Assembly: GCF_009914755.1 (NCBI RefSeq)
Contig: NC_060947.1
Length of the DNA stretch: 64,000 nt
Source: the human T2T-CHM13v2.0 reference genome, Homo sapiens
Direction: 5' to 3' (one strand)
Shown here piece after piece: positions 44,769-56,747 of the stretch (the stretch's first letter is position 1; every line of letters begins with the position of its first letter). The position numbers and the translations under genes are program-made. Under the pieces are notes generated by a model that was given only the letters and a program-made list of their open reading frames with translations, made no database searches and was not told the origin of the DNA.

Positions 44769-47700
44769 TCATCACAGAGCTAAAAATATGGTGTCCAAAG
44801 CTATTAAAAATCACATTTCTATTGCCAAAAGGTTATATGAGATTGGTTGACACTCAGGATCCTTAAGCAGAGTACAAATGATATATTTCATTTTCACAGG
44901 AAATGTAGCCTCACCATAAGTTTATGGATACAAAGTCTGGATATTGTGGAATGTGCTCAGCATTAAAGTAATACAACAAAAATAATTTCCTCTGTGAGTA
45001 TTATAGTCTTTGATATTGAACCTTTAGGCACTGTACAGGTAATGCTCTGTGAAAAGCAGAGTTTTATAGGGATAACAATTCATCTATACTTTTCAGTAAG
45101 GCTAGGTAAAATTTCTTCCAACTGGGAGGCAGTCCAGAGCTAGGACTCCCTTAGGTTGGTGATTTTCTTTATGAAGCCATTAAGAAGTTATGAAGGTATC
45201 TAGAGATAGAGATCATCAATCAGTGATTGATTATTAGCTTTTTTAAAAGAAAGACTTTGGCCAAGTATATGAAATTCTGATTATTTACTCTAATTCTTAT
45301 GAAATCTTAGGGTAACTGTTAATATAAAGTAATTGACATTAAAACATTAATATAAATTCTTAATAATTTAGTTAACTCTTTGAGTTAACCAAAACCTGAC
45401 TAAAATCTTTGTCCTATTAGAGGAGACACAGAAAACTACTTATTCTATTAATTAGCATACATTTTAAAGTATCCTGAAGGTAACTAGCAAAGTTTAGGTG
45501 CTTGAAAAAAATTGTCACTTTCCTAATCTGCCATTTGAAGAAAAATGCTCCTAAAATTAAACTATTACTATGTTTTGTTCATGGGACATGTTACATCAGG
45601 GGATGTTTCCTAAAGGTTTCATAGAGGAGTAGTCAATACAACTTTCAAAAATGAAAATAAAATTTAAAAATAACCTAATATTAATTTTGACTCCTTTTTT
45701 AAAATCTTCAGTTATTTCATCTGAAGTAATACAGAGTTGCAAGGCATTATCACTCAATCATAAGGATCTTTCAAAAATTATACCACCCTGCTATGAAAGA
45801 CTCAATTTCAAAATATTAATGATTACAAGCCAGAGCTTCTGTAAACATACATCTCAACTTTGAATACTGGCAACACTTTCAGCAAGATAAGGATGACAAG
45901 AAAATGTACTTTCCTAGCCTGTTTTCAAAGCACATACACATTTTTAAAAGGTCAAGGGGAGGGACTTTGTAAGAATGTATTATTATAGCTTTTTACTGAA
46001 CTGATTTGTTTTAGGTATCTTTTTGTTCATATCTTTTATGTCTCCATCATAGTAATTGTATTCTTATATGATGAAAATAGGATGAAACAAAACCACTGAG
46101 AATACACACACTGTCTTTGTTCCTGAAGGACAAACGGTGACCCAAGTCATGGGCTGCTTTGGCTTTGATTAAAATTAAAATCTTGTACAGATTCCAGTTC
46201 TGAACATATGTCTCATACTCTATGTGCTCACATTAGGGTGCGTTAAAAATATTTTATGCTAACAGATTACAGTAGGTAACAGTATGCCTTTGTTTCCTAC
46301 AAAAGAATGAGTCAGTAAATTGTTCTACTTAATGGATAAAAGACTAGCTCAAGATGCAAATATATCCCAATAGCTCTAAATCCCACTGTAATTCTTCCTA
46401 ATTTAAGGCATTTATTAACTCATAACAGAGGCTCAAGCTATTCATATTTCTAGCTTATTTTATTTATCTTTCTCTTATTACCTGTTCTACTCTAAGCTTT
46501 GCAAATCTTGAAAATCCTAAAAATGTCAAAGGAGAGACTTCACCAATTAAAGTGTGCTGCAACATAGTGGAGAGAATGGAACCATTGTGTGGTTCATATT
46601 GAACTGCATGATTTATATGAGTTTTCTTTCCTTCCCATGATTTGTTGTAGCAACCAACTTCACATAGTCATGTAAAAATTAGAGGGTTCTAAGTTCTTCC
46701 AATTGGCTCTGTATTTCAAAGTACCTGTTGAACTAGGCAAACAGAATAGCATCATTTTTTTTAATAATCAGTGATTTGGTGAAACAGGTGGAAGATACAT
46801 TTTTGTTTCCAAATGCTTTCTAAGAATGACTATAAATGCACAGTTTATTAAAGAGATTCAACAATGCCATTTCCCTGGTGCTTCTCTACCAAGTAAATGA
46901 CATTTTGAAATATTATTTTTTTTCTAAAGTATAAAAGACCCACCCAGCCATTATATAAAATGAGGGAACACTTCTTGTTGTGTTAACATCTTGAATCTAG
47001 TCTCAGGGAAGCTGTTTTATGAGATTTACTGGTGCAATTTGGTTGCAGATGCTCATGATTTATAGAAAAGCTCATGGAAACAGACAGAATCTGTATAAAG
47101 AACCAAAATAAAAACAAAAACATTAGGTAACTCACATGAGGTGGATGTCACATTAATCATGTTTTTGTCATTTTGGTTTAATGTTCATGTCTTGGGGAGT
47201 ATTTGAGAGTGATGCTATGTGACCTTCAGATCCCTGTAGAGTGGTTCAGGTTCAAACTCCTGGAAGGCTCACATGTGATAAGGTTTGGGCTACTACCTTT
47301 CTCAGCCTGTGAAATTTGAGACTTTCCCCACATTTTCCCCTAACCAATTTATCCAAACCTCCACACCTCCAAACGGCCATTAAATTTTGAACTCCTACTG
47401 CTCTTATTCTCTTTCTTCCCTCTTTTGTTAACGTAATAATTTACCAACCAGTTTTTCTTTAGGAAACAAAAATGTATTGCTGCCTACTCTGATGTTTGCA
47501 CAGTGTTTTAGAAGGCAAACTTCTTATAGATGGTATACAGCCTGGTGCTTCTCCCTTCCAAAGTGCCTTATACAGTGCTAGTTATAAAGTTGATGTTCAT
47601 CATTGGCTTATTAATTGATTGATCCTTGTGTCCTGTCCCTCAACTAGTCTTAGACATTGTGTTTAGAAGATAAATAGAGCAGGGAATTTTTCATCTGGCC

Positions 47701-49044
47701 TCATTGTTCCTCCAACCACAGAGATGTGAGCCCACCTAGTGACAAAGTACTAGAAAAGAGAGCAAACTGTCAGCTTCATCCTTGTCTGTCAGAGCATGAG
47801 ACTGGTTTAGATGACTTTGCCTAGTTGATGTTAAGCACATTCTCATTTCCCATGTTAAGCCTTACAGATCAACTAGACTAGAGTAGTGCTGTGATATGTT
47901 CTCACCTCTTTTCCCAGCCCCTAGGTTACCTCATCACACCACCATGGATTAGACTGTTAGTATTTGTTGCTTTTATTACAGATGATTTCTAATATGTAAT
48001 TCATTTTCATTAAAGGATGATGCTTTATTCTTCCTTGAAATTTTCTGTTCTCCCTCCCCTTTTTTTCCTATTCTGTTCAGGGACAGGAGGGATGAGGCAC
48101 ATTTATTCCCAAAAAGGAGAGCAGATGTAGTGGTTGGTAGGGATGGCAGGTTCTCCTGAACTTACAATTCCATATTTTGCATATTTATATTCAAATGGTT
48201 CAACAAATATATAGGAAAGGATCCTGCAGGACCCTACAGTTTCCAGAACTGATGATTTGTCATCTGAAAAGGTATTTTTCTTCATAGCTTGAGAAGAAGT
48301 TAAAGCAAGGCTCTTAGTATACATTCAATCTAAAATTCAACAAAAGATTCTTCTCATTTACAGAATGAAATAAATGCATATTATTTCGCCATACTTTCAC
48401 AAGATTTTATTTGCTACTACATAGACACCTAGGTTATATGCTACCCTAACCAATAAATATTCTATGACCAAGTTTATGTATTTCCTATACAGGCAGATTT
48501 TTTGTATGTTTTGAAACATTCTAAGACAGTAGTGTTTATTCTCACATATGGTTATATACATATATATAGAGAGAGAGACTTGTTTTTGATAAGTGATGTA
48601 TGGTTCATGTAAGTGTCTTTACAATGTATTATATTTAAGGTTTGATTTTGTAGACATGTTTAGTTTGATTTTTGGAGTTTCAAAGCTTATGAAAATCATT
48701 TTGGTTCAGAATAATAAAATAAGTTAGATAATGAAATTTATATGCATTTTCATATGTCTGTACAGAACTTGATATAAATACTCAAACATTCTTCCTTTAT
48801 ATACCTTTAGGTTTAACTTTGATTTGATTTGGTAACATAAGATTAACAGTGATATAAATTTTGGTTCCTCTAGAGAAAGAAATACTTGAGACCACTAAAA
48901 TTAAAAATCTTGCATTAACATCCTATAATTGTATGAAAATTTAATAAGCTTCAGAAAATATAATATATTTGGAGCCTTTTATAACATAGTGTAGCATTTG
49001 CTTGGAACATGGAATGAAAATTAAGAGTGAATCCCAGGTTTTAG

Positions 49045-52000
49045 CCAAGGGCAGGAAGGTGGCAAAGGGAGGCGAATCCGAGTGGGTGGAGGGAGGGGAA
49101 GGGCGAGAGGAGAAAAAGGTGGGAGGAGGACCAGGTGGGAGGGTGGCGGCTCCCTCAGGACCCAGCAGGGGCAGCGCGATGAGGCGGGTGACCCTGTTCC
49201 TGAAAGGCAGCCCTAAGAACGGAAAGAGTAAGAGACTTAAATGAATATGACTGATTGTCACACAAAAGTGTGTCCTACTTCAACACTCAGCATTCAAGAA
49301 ATATTTATCAAAGACCTGCTGTAAGCCAGGTGGTTGCTGTATATGGAACTTTATCTGATTTGCTTTCTGTGGCCAGCAGTAAACTCGGCATAAAAGCCAC
49401 CAGTGTGTATAATGGGAAAGGTGGACTGATTGATGATATTGCTTTGATCAGGGATGATGATGTTTTGTTTGTTTGTGAAGGAGAATCATTTATTGATCCT
49501 CAGACAGATTCTAAGCCTCCTGAGGGATTGTTAGGATTCCACACAGACTGGCTGACATTAAATGTTGGAGGGCGGTACTTTACAACTACACGCATTACTC
49601 CTACCAGGTTGTAGCATGCATCTTTTTGAGAGAGCAGCTGGGATCGAGTATACTCTTGACTTAAATGTGTTTGTTTATAAAGACAAATGGAGAAATCAAT
49701 TTGTTTCCCTGAATTCTAAGGAGCACTTTAGTGAATAAAGAACCTGACAGTATGCTGGCCCACATGTTTAAGGACAAAAGTGTCTGGGGAAATAAGCAAT
49801 ATCATAGAGGCGCTTTCTTAATTGACCGAAGTCCTGAGTACTTTGAACCCATTTTGAACTCCTTGCGTCATGGACAGCTCATTGTAAATGATGGCATTAA
49901 TTTATTGGGTGTGTTAGAAGAAGCAAGATTTTTTGGTATTGTCTCATTGATCTAACACCTGGAAGTGGCAATAAAGAATTCTCAACCACCGGAGGATCAT
50001 TCACCAATATCCCGAAAGGAATTTGTCCGATTTTTTGCTAGCAACTCCAACCAAGTCAGAACTGCGATGCCAGGATTTGAACTTCAGTGGTGCTGATCTT
50101 TCTCGTTTGGACCTTCGATACATTAACTTCAAAATGGCCAATTTAAGCCGCTGTAATCTTGCACAGGCAAATCTTTGCTGTGCAAATCTTGAATGAGCTG
50201 ATCTCTGGATCAGTACTTAACTGTGCAAATCTCCAGGGAGTCAAGATGCTCTGTTCTAATGCAGAAGGAGCATCCCTGAAACTGTGTAATTTTGAGGATC
50301 CTTCTGGTCTTAAAGCCAATTTAGAAGGTGCTAATCTGAAAGGTGTGGATATGGAAGGAAGTCAGATGACAGGAATTAACCTGAGAGTGGCTACCTTAAA
50401 AGATGCAAAGTTGAAGAACTGTAACCTCAGAGGAGCAACTCTGGCAGGAACTGATTTAGAGAATTGTGATCTATCTGGGTGCGATCTTCAAGAAGCCAAC
50501 CTGAGAGGGTCCAACGTGAAGGGAGCTGTGTTTGAAGAGATGCTGACACCACTACACATGTCACAAAGTGTCAGATGAGAATTTTAGAGGCTGGAGGAAG
50601 ATGTACAAGATGAAAATGTTTTCCTTATCACTTTTCTTTCTCCACTCACTCAGTTGTCTAGAAGAAATAACACTGTAAGGAAATTAAAAAAAAAAAACAC
50701 ATTTAGAGGATTATGCTTGTTCTGAGCGGTGCATAAGGGAAAAAACTGACTTTTTTTCCATATTCTGATTTTTAACAGAAAAGCACTCATTTAATAGATG
50801 TAGGGAAACTAGATATTGCTGCCTTTTGAACGGGGTAGGGGGGTTTACCTGGTTTTATGACCAGGAATAGTATCTATTATATTTGCTTTTAAATAGGCAT
50901 GATGTGGAAATACCATCTTGGTTTGAGATGCATTTGAGGATTTTAATTTATGGAAAGTACAACATATGCAATTATATTTATTGAATACCTAGATGCAGTA
51001 TGGATATTTAAATTGTTAAAACTTTATGAAAACTTGGAAAAGGTTGTTCAGGTTTATAAATAGCTTTAGTGACGCCTCCCCTCTTTAAATACCTGTCATA
51101 CCATATGAATATGGTGAGATTAGACTCCCTAAGACTCTTTTCAGGTTCATTTTTATAATGTTTACTTTTTAGGTTAGGACAAAACAGTAGCTAAATTAAA
51201 GTAATATCCAGTTCTTACTGATTGAGACAGAGTGGAAAGAAAGACATCGTTGTACTTCACTGTCATTCCAAAGGTACAGTGGAACTCCGGATGGAGGAAT
51301 AACTTACCTATCACTACAACACTTATAAATGAGAATTTCTCAGAATTTCATTCTAGGCAAGTTCCACTCAACACCAGACCAAGCAATTCTATCTATTTAC
51401 ACTATTAGCTTAGTTTTCTCATACAATCATCACAAGCATAGGAAGATACTTCAAAACCAAAAAACCAAGGTGCATCATTAATATTCATTTAATTCAAATA
51501 CCAAATAGTTTACATAGGGCCAGCTTAGAAATAGATACTAAATCCAGAGCTACTGCAATCAAAGCTTATATGAGTGAATATGGTAGAGTTGCCTGCTAAA
51601 AGGCAATGTAATATAATTGCAGCTAGAACCCTACAGTGGAGAATGAGGAATTTTAAACACACATTTTATTATAGCCACCAAAAAACAGATGTAAAGTAAA
51701 AATAAAGGCATTTGGCTGGTCCAAGATGTAATACCAATCAGTCAGCACCTGTGATTCTTTTACTTATATTTTTTGTGTTTTTTTAAACAAATTTTAGCCC
51801 AATTTTCTTGAGTCATTATCTCTCTGCAGCAGCAGAGGAAGGGCCTGTACCTCCCTACCAATGACCTGGTGTCCTTATTTTCTACCCCAAGAGCAGGGAT
51901 ATTAGCTGTGTCCAAATGGGTTCTGAATTCTACAGACTCATCAACATGAGGCAAGGAATCATTGAAAACCACCTGTGTCTCCTTTGGGAGAATGACATAT

Positions 52001-52418
52001 CTTTAGTATTTACGTAGCTTATTCTTCTATATCTACATATGCAAAGCTTTCCTTAACAGTAAAGGGTACATATGCATAGTGGGAGGAGATCAGACCTTTA
52101 CAAGTGAAGGAAAGCAACTTCAGAAATGAATTATTTTCTTTGCTTTGTTATTTTTACCAAGACAGAGAAGTATTGTATTGAGAGATAATCTATTTTCATA
52201 ATCAATATATGCCTAAATTATATTTAAATCATTTCACTCTGTACTATATTTTCAGGAATTATAGAATGTGTTATTCATTCACTTAAAGGTACCTCTGTAG
52301 AAATAACCTAAAACTGCAGAAGGATCTGAAAGATCTAAACATGGTGTGCTTAGAAACTGCAGATTTTAGATCTAATGTATACAGCATTAATAAATGATAT
52401 AAAGTGTTGAAAAAAAAA
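49045..52418 (+). pseudogene. KCTD9: Processed pseudogene (retrocopy) of KCTD9 (KHA, BTB/POZ and pentapeptide-repeat protein); possibly human KCTD9P2, number not verified
   Basis: ATG at 49179 gives MRRVTLFLKGSPKNGK. Later blocks read VVAVYGTLSDLL...WLTLNVGGRYFTTTR, STLVNKEPDSMLAHMF...LIDRSPEYFEPILN (BTB) and pentapeptide repeats ending EEMLTPLHMSQSVR* (TGA 50576-50578). No long introns. Disablements: TAA 49953-55, +1 T at 50031-36, TGA 50194-96 (likely CGA>TGA), 2-nt deletion near 50203. AATAAA 52389-94, poly(A) from 52410. TSD aagagtgaatcccaggttttag (49023-44) / aagagtgaaacccaggttttag (52419-40), preceded by TT (TT|AAGA, L1 endonuclease-like site). Confidence 0.96.
50579..52409 (+). other. 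3'UTR portion of the KCTD9 retrocopy, with polyadenylation signal
   Basis: Repeat-free stretch between the stop codon and poly(A), inside the TSD pair; AATAAA at 52389-52394, 15 nt before the A-tail. Confidence 0.88.
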
Positions 52419-52889
52419 AAGAGTGAAACCCAGGTTTTAGATATACCTCTACCAGTTACTTGCTATATGATTTTGGGAAAACTATTTTTTTGTCTCTGAG
52501 CTTTAATGCCATTATCTGTAAAATGCAGTGTTACAATAGATCATTGTAAGTTATAGCCAATATCAAAATTTTTCTTATGGCTGATAGGAGGTTTATTTCC
52601 CAAATCTCTCTCTTTAGAAATGCTTAGGTATGTCTACAAGCATATAGCTTAATATTTCAAACAAAACATTGATGTTTACCTTTATTAAATTTTTTCACAG
52701 CTTTAATTTTTGAGTACCTATGCCTCCAAACCAGTCAAATCAATTTTTCCAAACCTATGCCTCCAAACCAGTCAAAATAACTTCTATATATTGAAGTTTT
52801 TGAAAGCACATGTAAAATTCAGGATAAATTACCATTGCCATGAAAAATGCTATAGGTTAGGTGTTCTTTAAAAAAATTATATACATCTA

Positions 52890-53337
52890 ACAATTATTTA
52901 TTGGAGACACTACTATGTTCTAGGCATTGTCTTAGAAGCAGGTGATACAAAAGTGACAGATAGCATCTCTGCTCTCACAAAGATTATACTCTTTTGGGAG
53001 AGAGAAAGTGAAGAAGAAAACAAAACATACAAAAATTATCAGCTAGTGGTAAGTGCCACCCAGATGAACAACATATGTGATGTGGTAGAAATTGAGGAGA
53101 TGGAATGGACCAGGTAGTAAGGGAAAGCAGAGATCTGAATGCCATGAAGGAGCCAACCACATGAAGATGAGTGGGGAAAAAATTCCAGGCTCATATTATG
53201 TGAAGGCCCAAAGCAAAAATGAACTCAGCATGTTTAAGAAATTGAAAGATTAGTGAGACTGAAGCTTAGTGGGAGAAGTAGAGAATGGTAGGAAATGAGG
53301 TCAGAAAGGTAGGCAGGGACCAAATTGGCTTTGATTT

Positions 53338-53406
<69 letters not shown>

Positions 53407-54075
53407 TAGATAGAGTGTGGGGGGGGTTGGAAAACATATTTTAAACAAACAGTATAGATTTGGGGTATGCTTAAGATTTAGAGTCAACAGCACCTGTTAG
53501 TGAGATGAATATGAACAGTAAAGGAAAGAGAAATTGGAAAAACACCTAGAGGTTTGGTTTGAGCACCTGGATAAATGGAGGTGCCATTAATTAAGATAGC
53601 GGAAGACTTGAGGGAAAATCAAGTGTAGGGTGCAAAGAAGTAAACATCAACAACTCTATTTAGTCTTATTAAGTTTGATATATTAATTAGCCATCCATAT
53701 AAAGATGTTAGGTAGATAGTTACATAGAGAAGCCTGAGTTTCTGGGTAGAAGTCAAGGGAGTAGATCCATATATGGGAGTCATCAGTATCTATATGTTAT
53801 ATAAAGTCATGAAGCAGAGGAGGAGAAGTTAGCAAATAGAAGTATTGGTTGGTGAGGTAGGAAAAAAATAAAGAGAGACTATAGGAGGAGGCAACACCAA
53901 GAGAAAGAGAGCATTTAAAGTGGGAGGGATTAGTAAACTATGCCAAATGTTACTGAGAAGATAATGAGGATGAGAGCTGAGAAATGGCTATCAGACTGCG
54001 CAAAGTGGAGACTATTGAGTGGTGGTAAAGGAAGCCTAATTAATGTTGATTGAGAAGAGGATATAGAGTGAGGAA
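52890..54075 (-). mobile_element. L2 (long 3' fragment)
   Basis: attatttattggagacactactatgttctaggcattg; gagatctgaatgccatgaaggagcc; gagcacctggataaatggaggtgccatt. Confidence 0.65.
53341..53412. repeat. Compound tetranucleotide STR (GATA)11(GACA)5(GATA)2
   Basis: Counted directly from the sequence. Confidence 0.97.
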
Positions 54076-54154
54076 ATGAAATTTCTTCACACTATTTCCC
54101 CTCCTGGGATAGGCTTGGTACTTATAGGCCAGGAGAGAATTGGAAGAGATACTC

Positions 54155-56365
54155 AAAGTACTTAAAGAAAAAATAAATCAGCCAAGAATACTATATCCAG
54201 CAAAGTAAGTTATCCTTCAGAAATGAAGTAGGAATAAAAACCCCCTGAGAGAAGGAAAGACTGAGAAAATTAACCACCACAATACTGGCTTTGCAAGAAA
54301 TGCTTAAGGGATTCATACATCTGGAAGTGAAAGGATGACATCTACCAATGTGAAAACATGTGAAAGTATAAAACCCATCAGTATAGATAATTCCAAAATC
54401 ACACTCAGAATACCCCAGTGCTGTAATGTTGCTATGTAAGTATTTCAGTCCTCTAGTATGAAAGTTTAAAGTTAAAAGTGTCAAAAGCATCAACAGCTAT
54501 AATTAGTGGCTAAGGTAGAAACAAAGATAAAGTTATAAATTAAGGCAATAAAATACAAATTATGTGGGAGGAGAGAAAAATCTAGAGCATTTTTATGCAA
54601 CCAAAGTTAAGTTGTTATCAGCTTAAAATAGTCTATTGTAATTCTAAGATTCATTATGTTAGTTCCATGATAACCACAAACAAAGAAATCACAGCAGATG
54701 CAGAAATAATAAAGAGAAAGAAAACAAAACTTAACACCACAGAAAACCACCAAACCATAAAGGTAAACAACAAGAGAGGAAGAAAGGAGCAAATGATCTA
54801 TAAAACAACCAGAAAACAATAAACTGGCAGAAGTAAGTTCGTACCTATCAATAATAACCTTGAATGTAAATAGATTAAATTCCTTAGTGAAAGATATAGA
54901 GTAGATGAATGCATTAAAGAAAACCACAAAACCCAACTATGTGCTGCCTACAAAAGGCTCACCTCACTATTAAAGACAAACATAGACTGAAAGTGAAAGA
55001 ATGGAAAACAATATTCCATGCAAATGGAAACCAAAAGTAAGCCGGAATAGCCATACTCATATCAGATAAAATAGACTGTAAGTCAAAAACAGTAAAAAGA
55101 GACCAAAAGATTATTGTATAATGATAAAGGGATCAATTCAACAAGATGATATAACAATTGTAAATATATATGCACCCAGCACCAGAGCACCCAAATACGT
55201 AAAGAAAATATTATTAGATCTAAAGGGAAAGATAGACTGCAAAACAATAATAGTAGGGGACTTCAACACCCCACTTTCAACAATAGAAAGAAAGTCAACA
55301 AAGAAACGTTGAACTTAAACTATATCGTAGACCAAATGTATCTAACAAACATTTACAGAACATTCCAATAAACAACTGCAGAATACACATTCTTCTCAAT
55401 TTCACATGGAACATCCTCCAGGATAGATCATGTGTTAGGCCACAAAACAAATATTGACAAATTTAGGAAGAAAAAGAGCACATCAAGTATCTCTTCTTAT
55501 CAAAATGCTATAAAACTAGAAATCAATAAAAAGAAAAACTTTGGCAATCTTACAAATACATGGGAATTAAACAACATAGTCCTAAGTAACCAGTGAGTCA
55601 ATGAAGAAATTAAAAAGAAAACTTAAAAATTCATTGGGACAAATGACAATGGAAAACACATCATACAAAAACCTGTGGGACACAACAAAAGCAGTTCTAA
55701 GAGGGAAGTTCATAGTAATAAATGCCTACATCAAAAAAGAAGAAGTATCTGACTCCAATATTTATTGTAGCACTATTTACAATAGCCAAGATATAGAATC
55801 AACCCACATGTCCAACGCAGATGAGTGATAAGAAAAATGTAGTATATATATATATATATATATATACAATGGAATACTATTCAGCCATAAAAAAGAATGA
55901 AATCCTGTCATTTACAGCAACTTGGTTGGACCTGGGGGACACTATGTTAAGTGAAGCCAGCCAGACTCAGAAAGACACATACCATACCATCTCACTCATA
56001 TGTGGTATCTAAAAAAAGAAAGTTGATATCATAGAAGAGTAGAGTAGAACAACGGTAATAAGGGAAACAGAGACTGAGGCAGAGGTGGGAGAAAGAAGGA
56101 AGGATGTGGCGAAGTTGGTCAATGCATGCTAAGATACAATTAGAAGGAAGAAGTTCTGGTGACAATGCTTATCAGTAAGGTATAGTGTATTACAAAAGAG
56201 CTAGGAGAGAGCTTTTGAATGTTCTCACTGCAAAGAATTATAAACACATGATGTGATGAATATGCTAAGACTATGATTTGATTATTATACAACATTTATG
56301 CATCTAAACATTGATTTGTACTCCATAAGTATGTACAACTACAATATGTCAATAAAAAATAAAAA
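54155..56365 (+). mobile_element. Old L1 (L1MA-type) with large internal deletion
   Basis: ORF1 end, inter-ORF region, endonuclease remnants (MIKGSIQQDDITIVNIYAP...IIVGDFNTPLS; NLWDTTKAVLRGKFI), then a jump to the ORF2 tail (YTMEYYSAIKKNEILSF) and 3'UTR. Confidence 0.88.
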
Positions 56366-56747
56366 TTATTCTGATGAAGAAAAATATATTTGGAGTTTAG
56401 CAATTTCTTCTAATTGACTTTGATTTTTGTTAAATTCAAGGAAAATTACTGAAAGTAATGCATTTATTCAAAATATAATATGGAATGTTACCCTATTTTT
56501 TAAAATTATTTTTCTTTCCAATTTTCTATCTATATCTCTACATAGATGGCTGGAATGATGTTTAATAAATGTTAATAATGAATGTTTCAGTGTGGTAAGA
56601 TTCTGTATTACAGTATATGTAATTTATTTTCTGTGCTTTTCTATATTTTATGAATTTCTGTCATAAGAACGTATTGTTTTTATAAAATATCAAATTGATT
56701 ATTTTAAAACATTGTGCTAATGTCGATAACATGGGTTTTTTTCCCCA

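Noticed and set aside
45371-45389. Short palindrome gttaactc-ttt-gagttaac (and tagttaa-gag-ttaacta near 34094)
   Set aside because: Arms of 7-8 bp are expected by chance in 64 kb of AT-rich DNA.
49255-49614. 119-aa ORF containing the KCTD9 KHA region as a possible new truncated protein
   Set aside because: It starts at TTG inside insert 1, directly after an in-frame TGA (49252-54), and has no in-frame ATG; the real ATG frame stops at 49244.
49227-49720. The two inserts sum to 231 nt (multiple of 3), suggesting frame compensation
   Set aside because: Insert 1 already contains an in-frame stop, so no read-through product is possible; divisibility by 3 is a one-in-three chance.
50159-50578. 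139-aa pentapeptide-repeat ORF as a functional gene or a bacterial Qnr/MfpA-like transfer
   Set aside because: It is the KCTD9 C-terminus downstream of two stops and two frameshifts within a TSD-bounded retrocopy; its first residues are out of frame.
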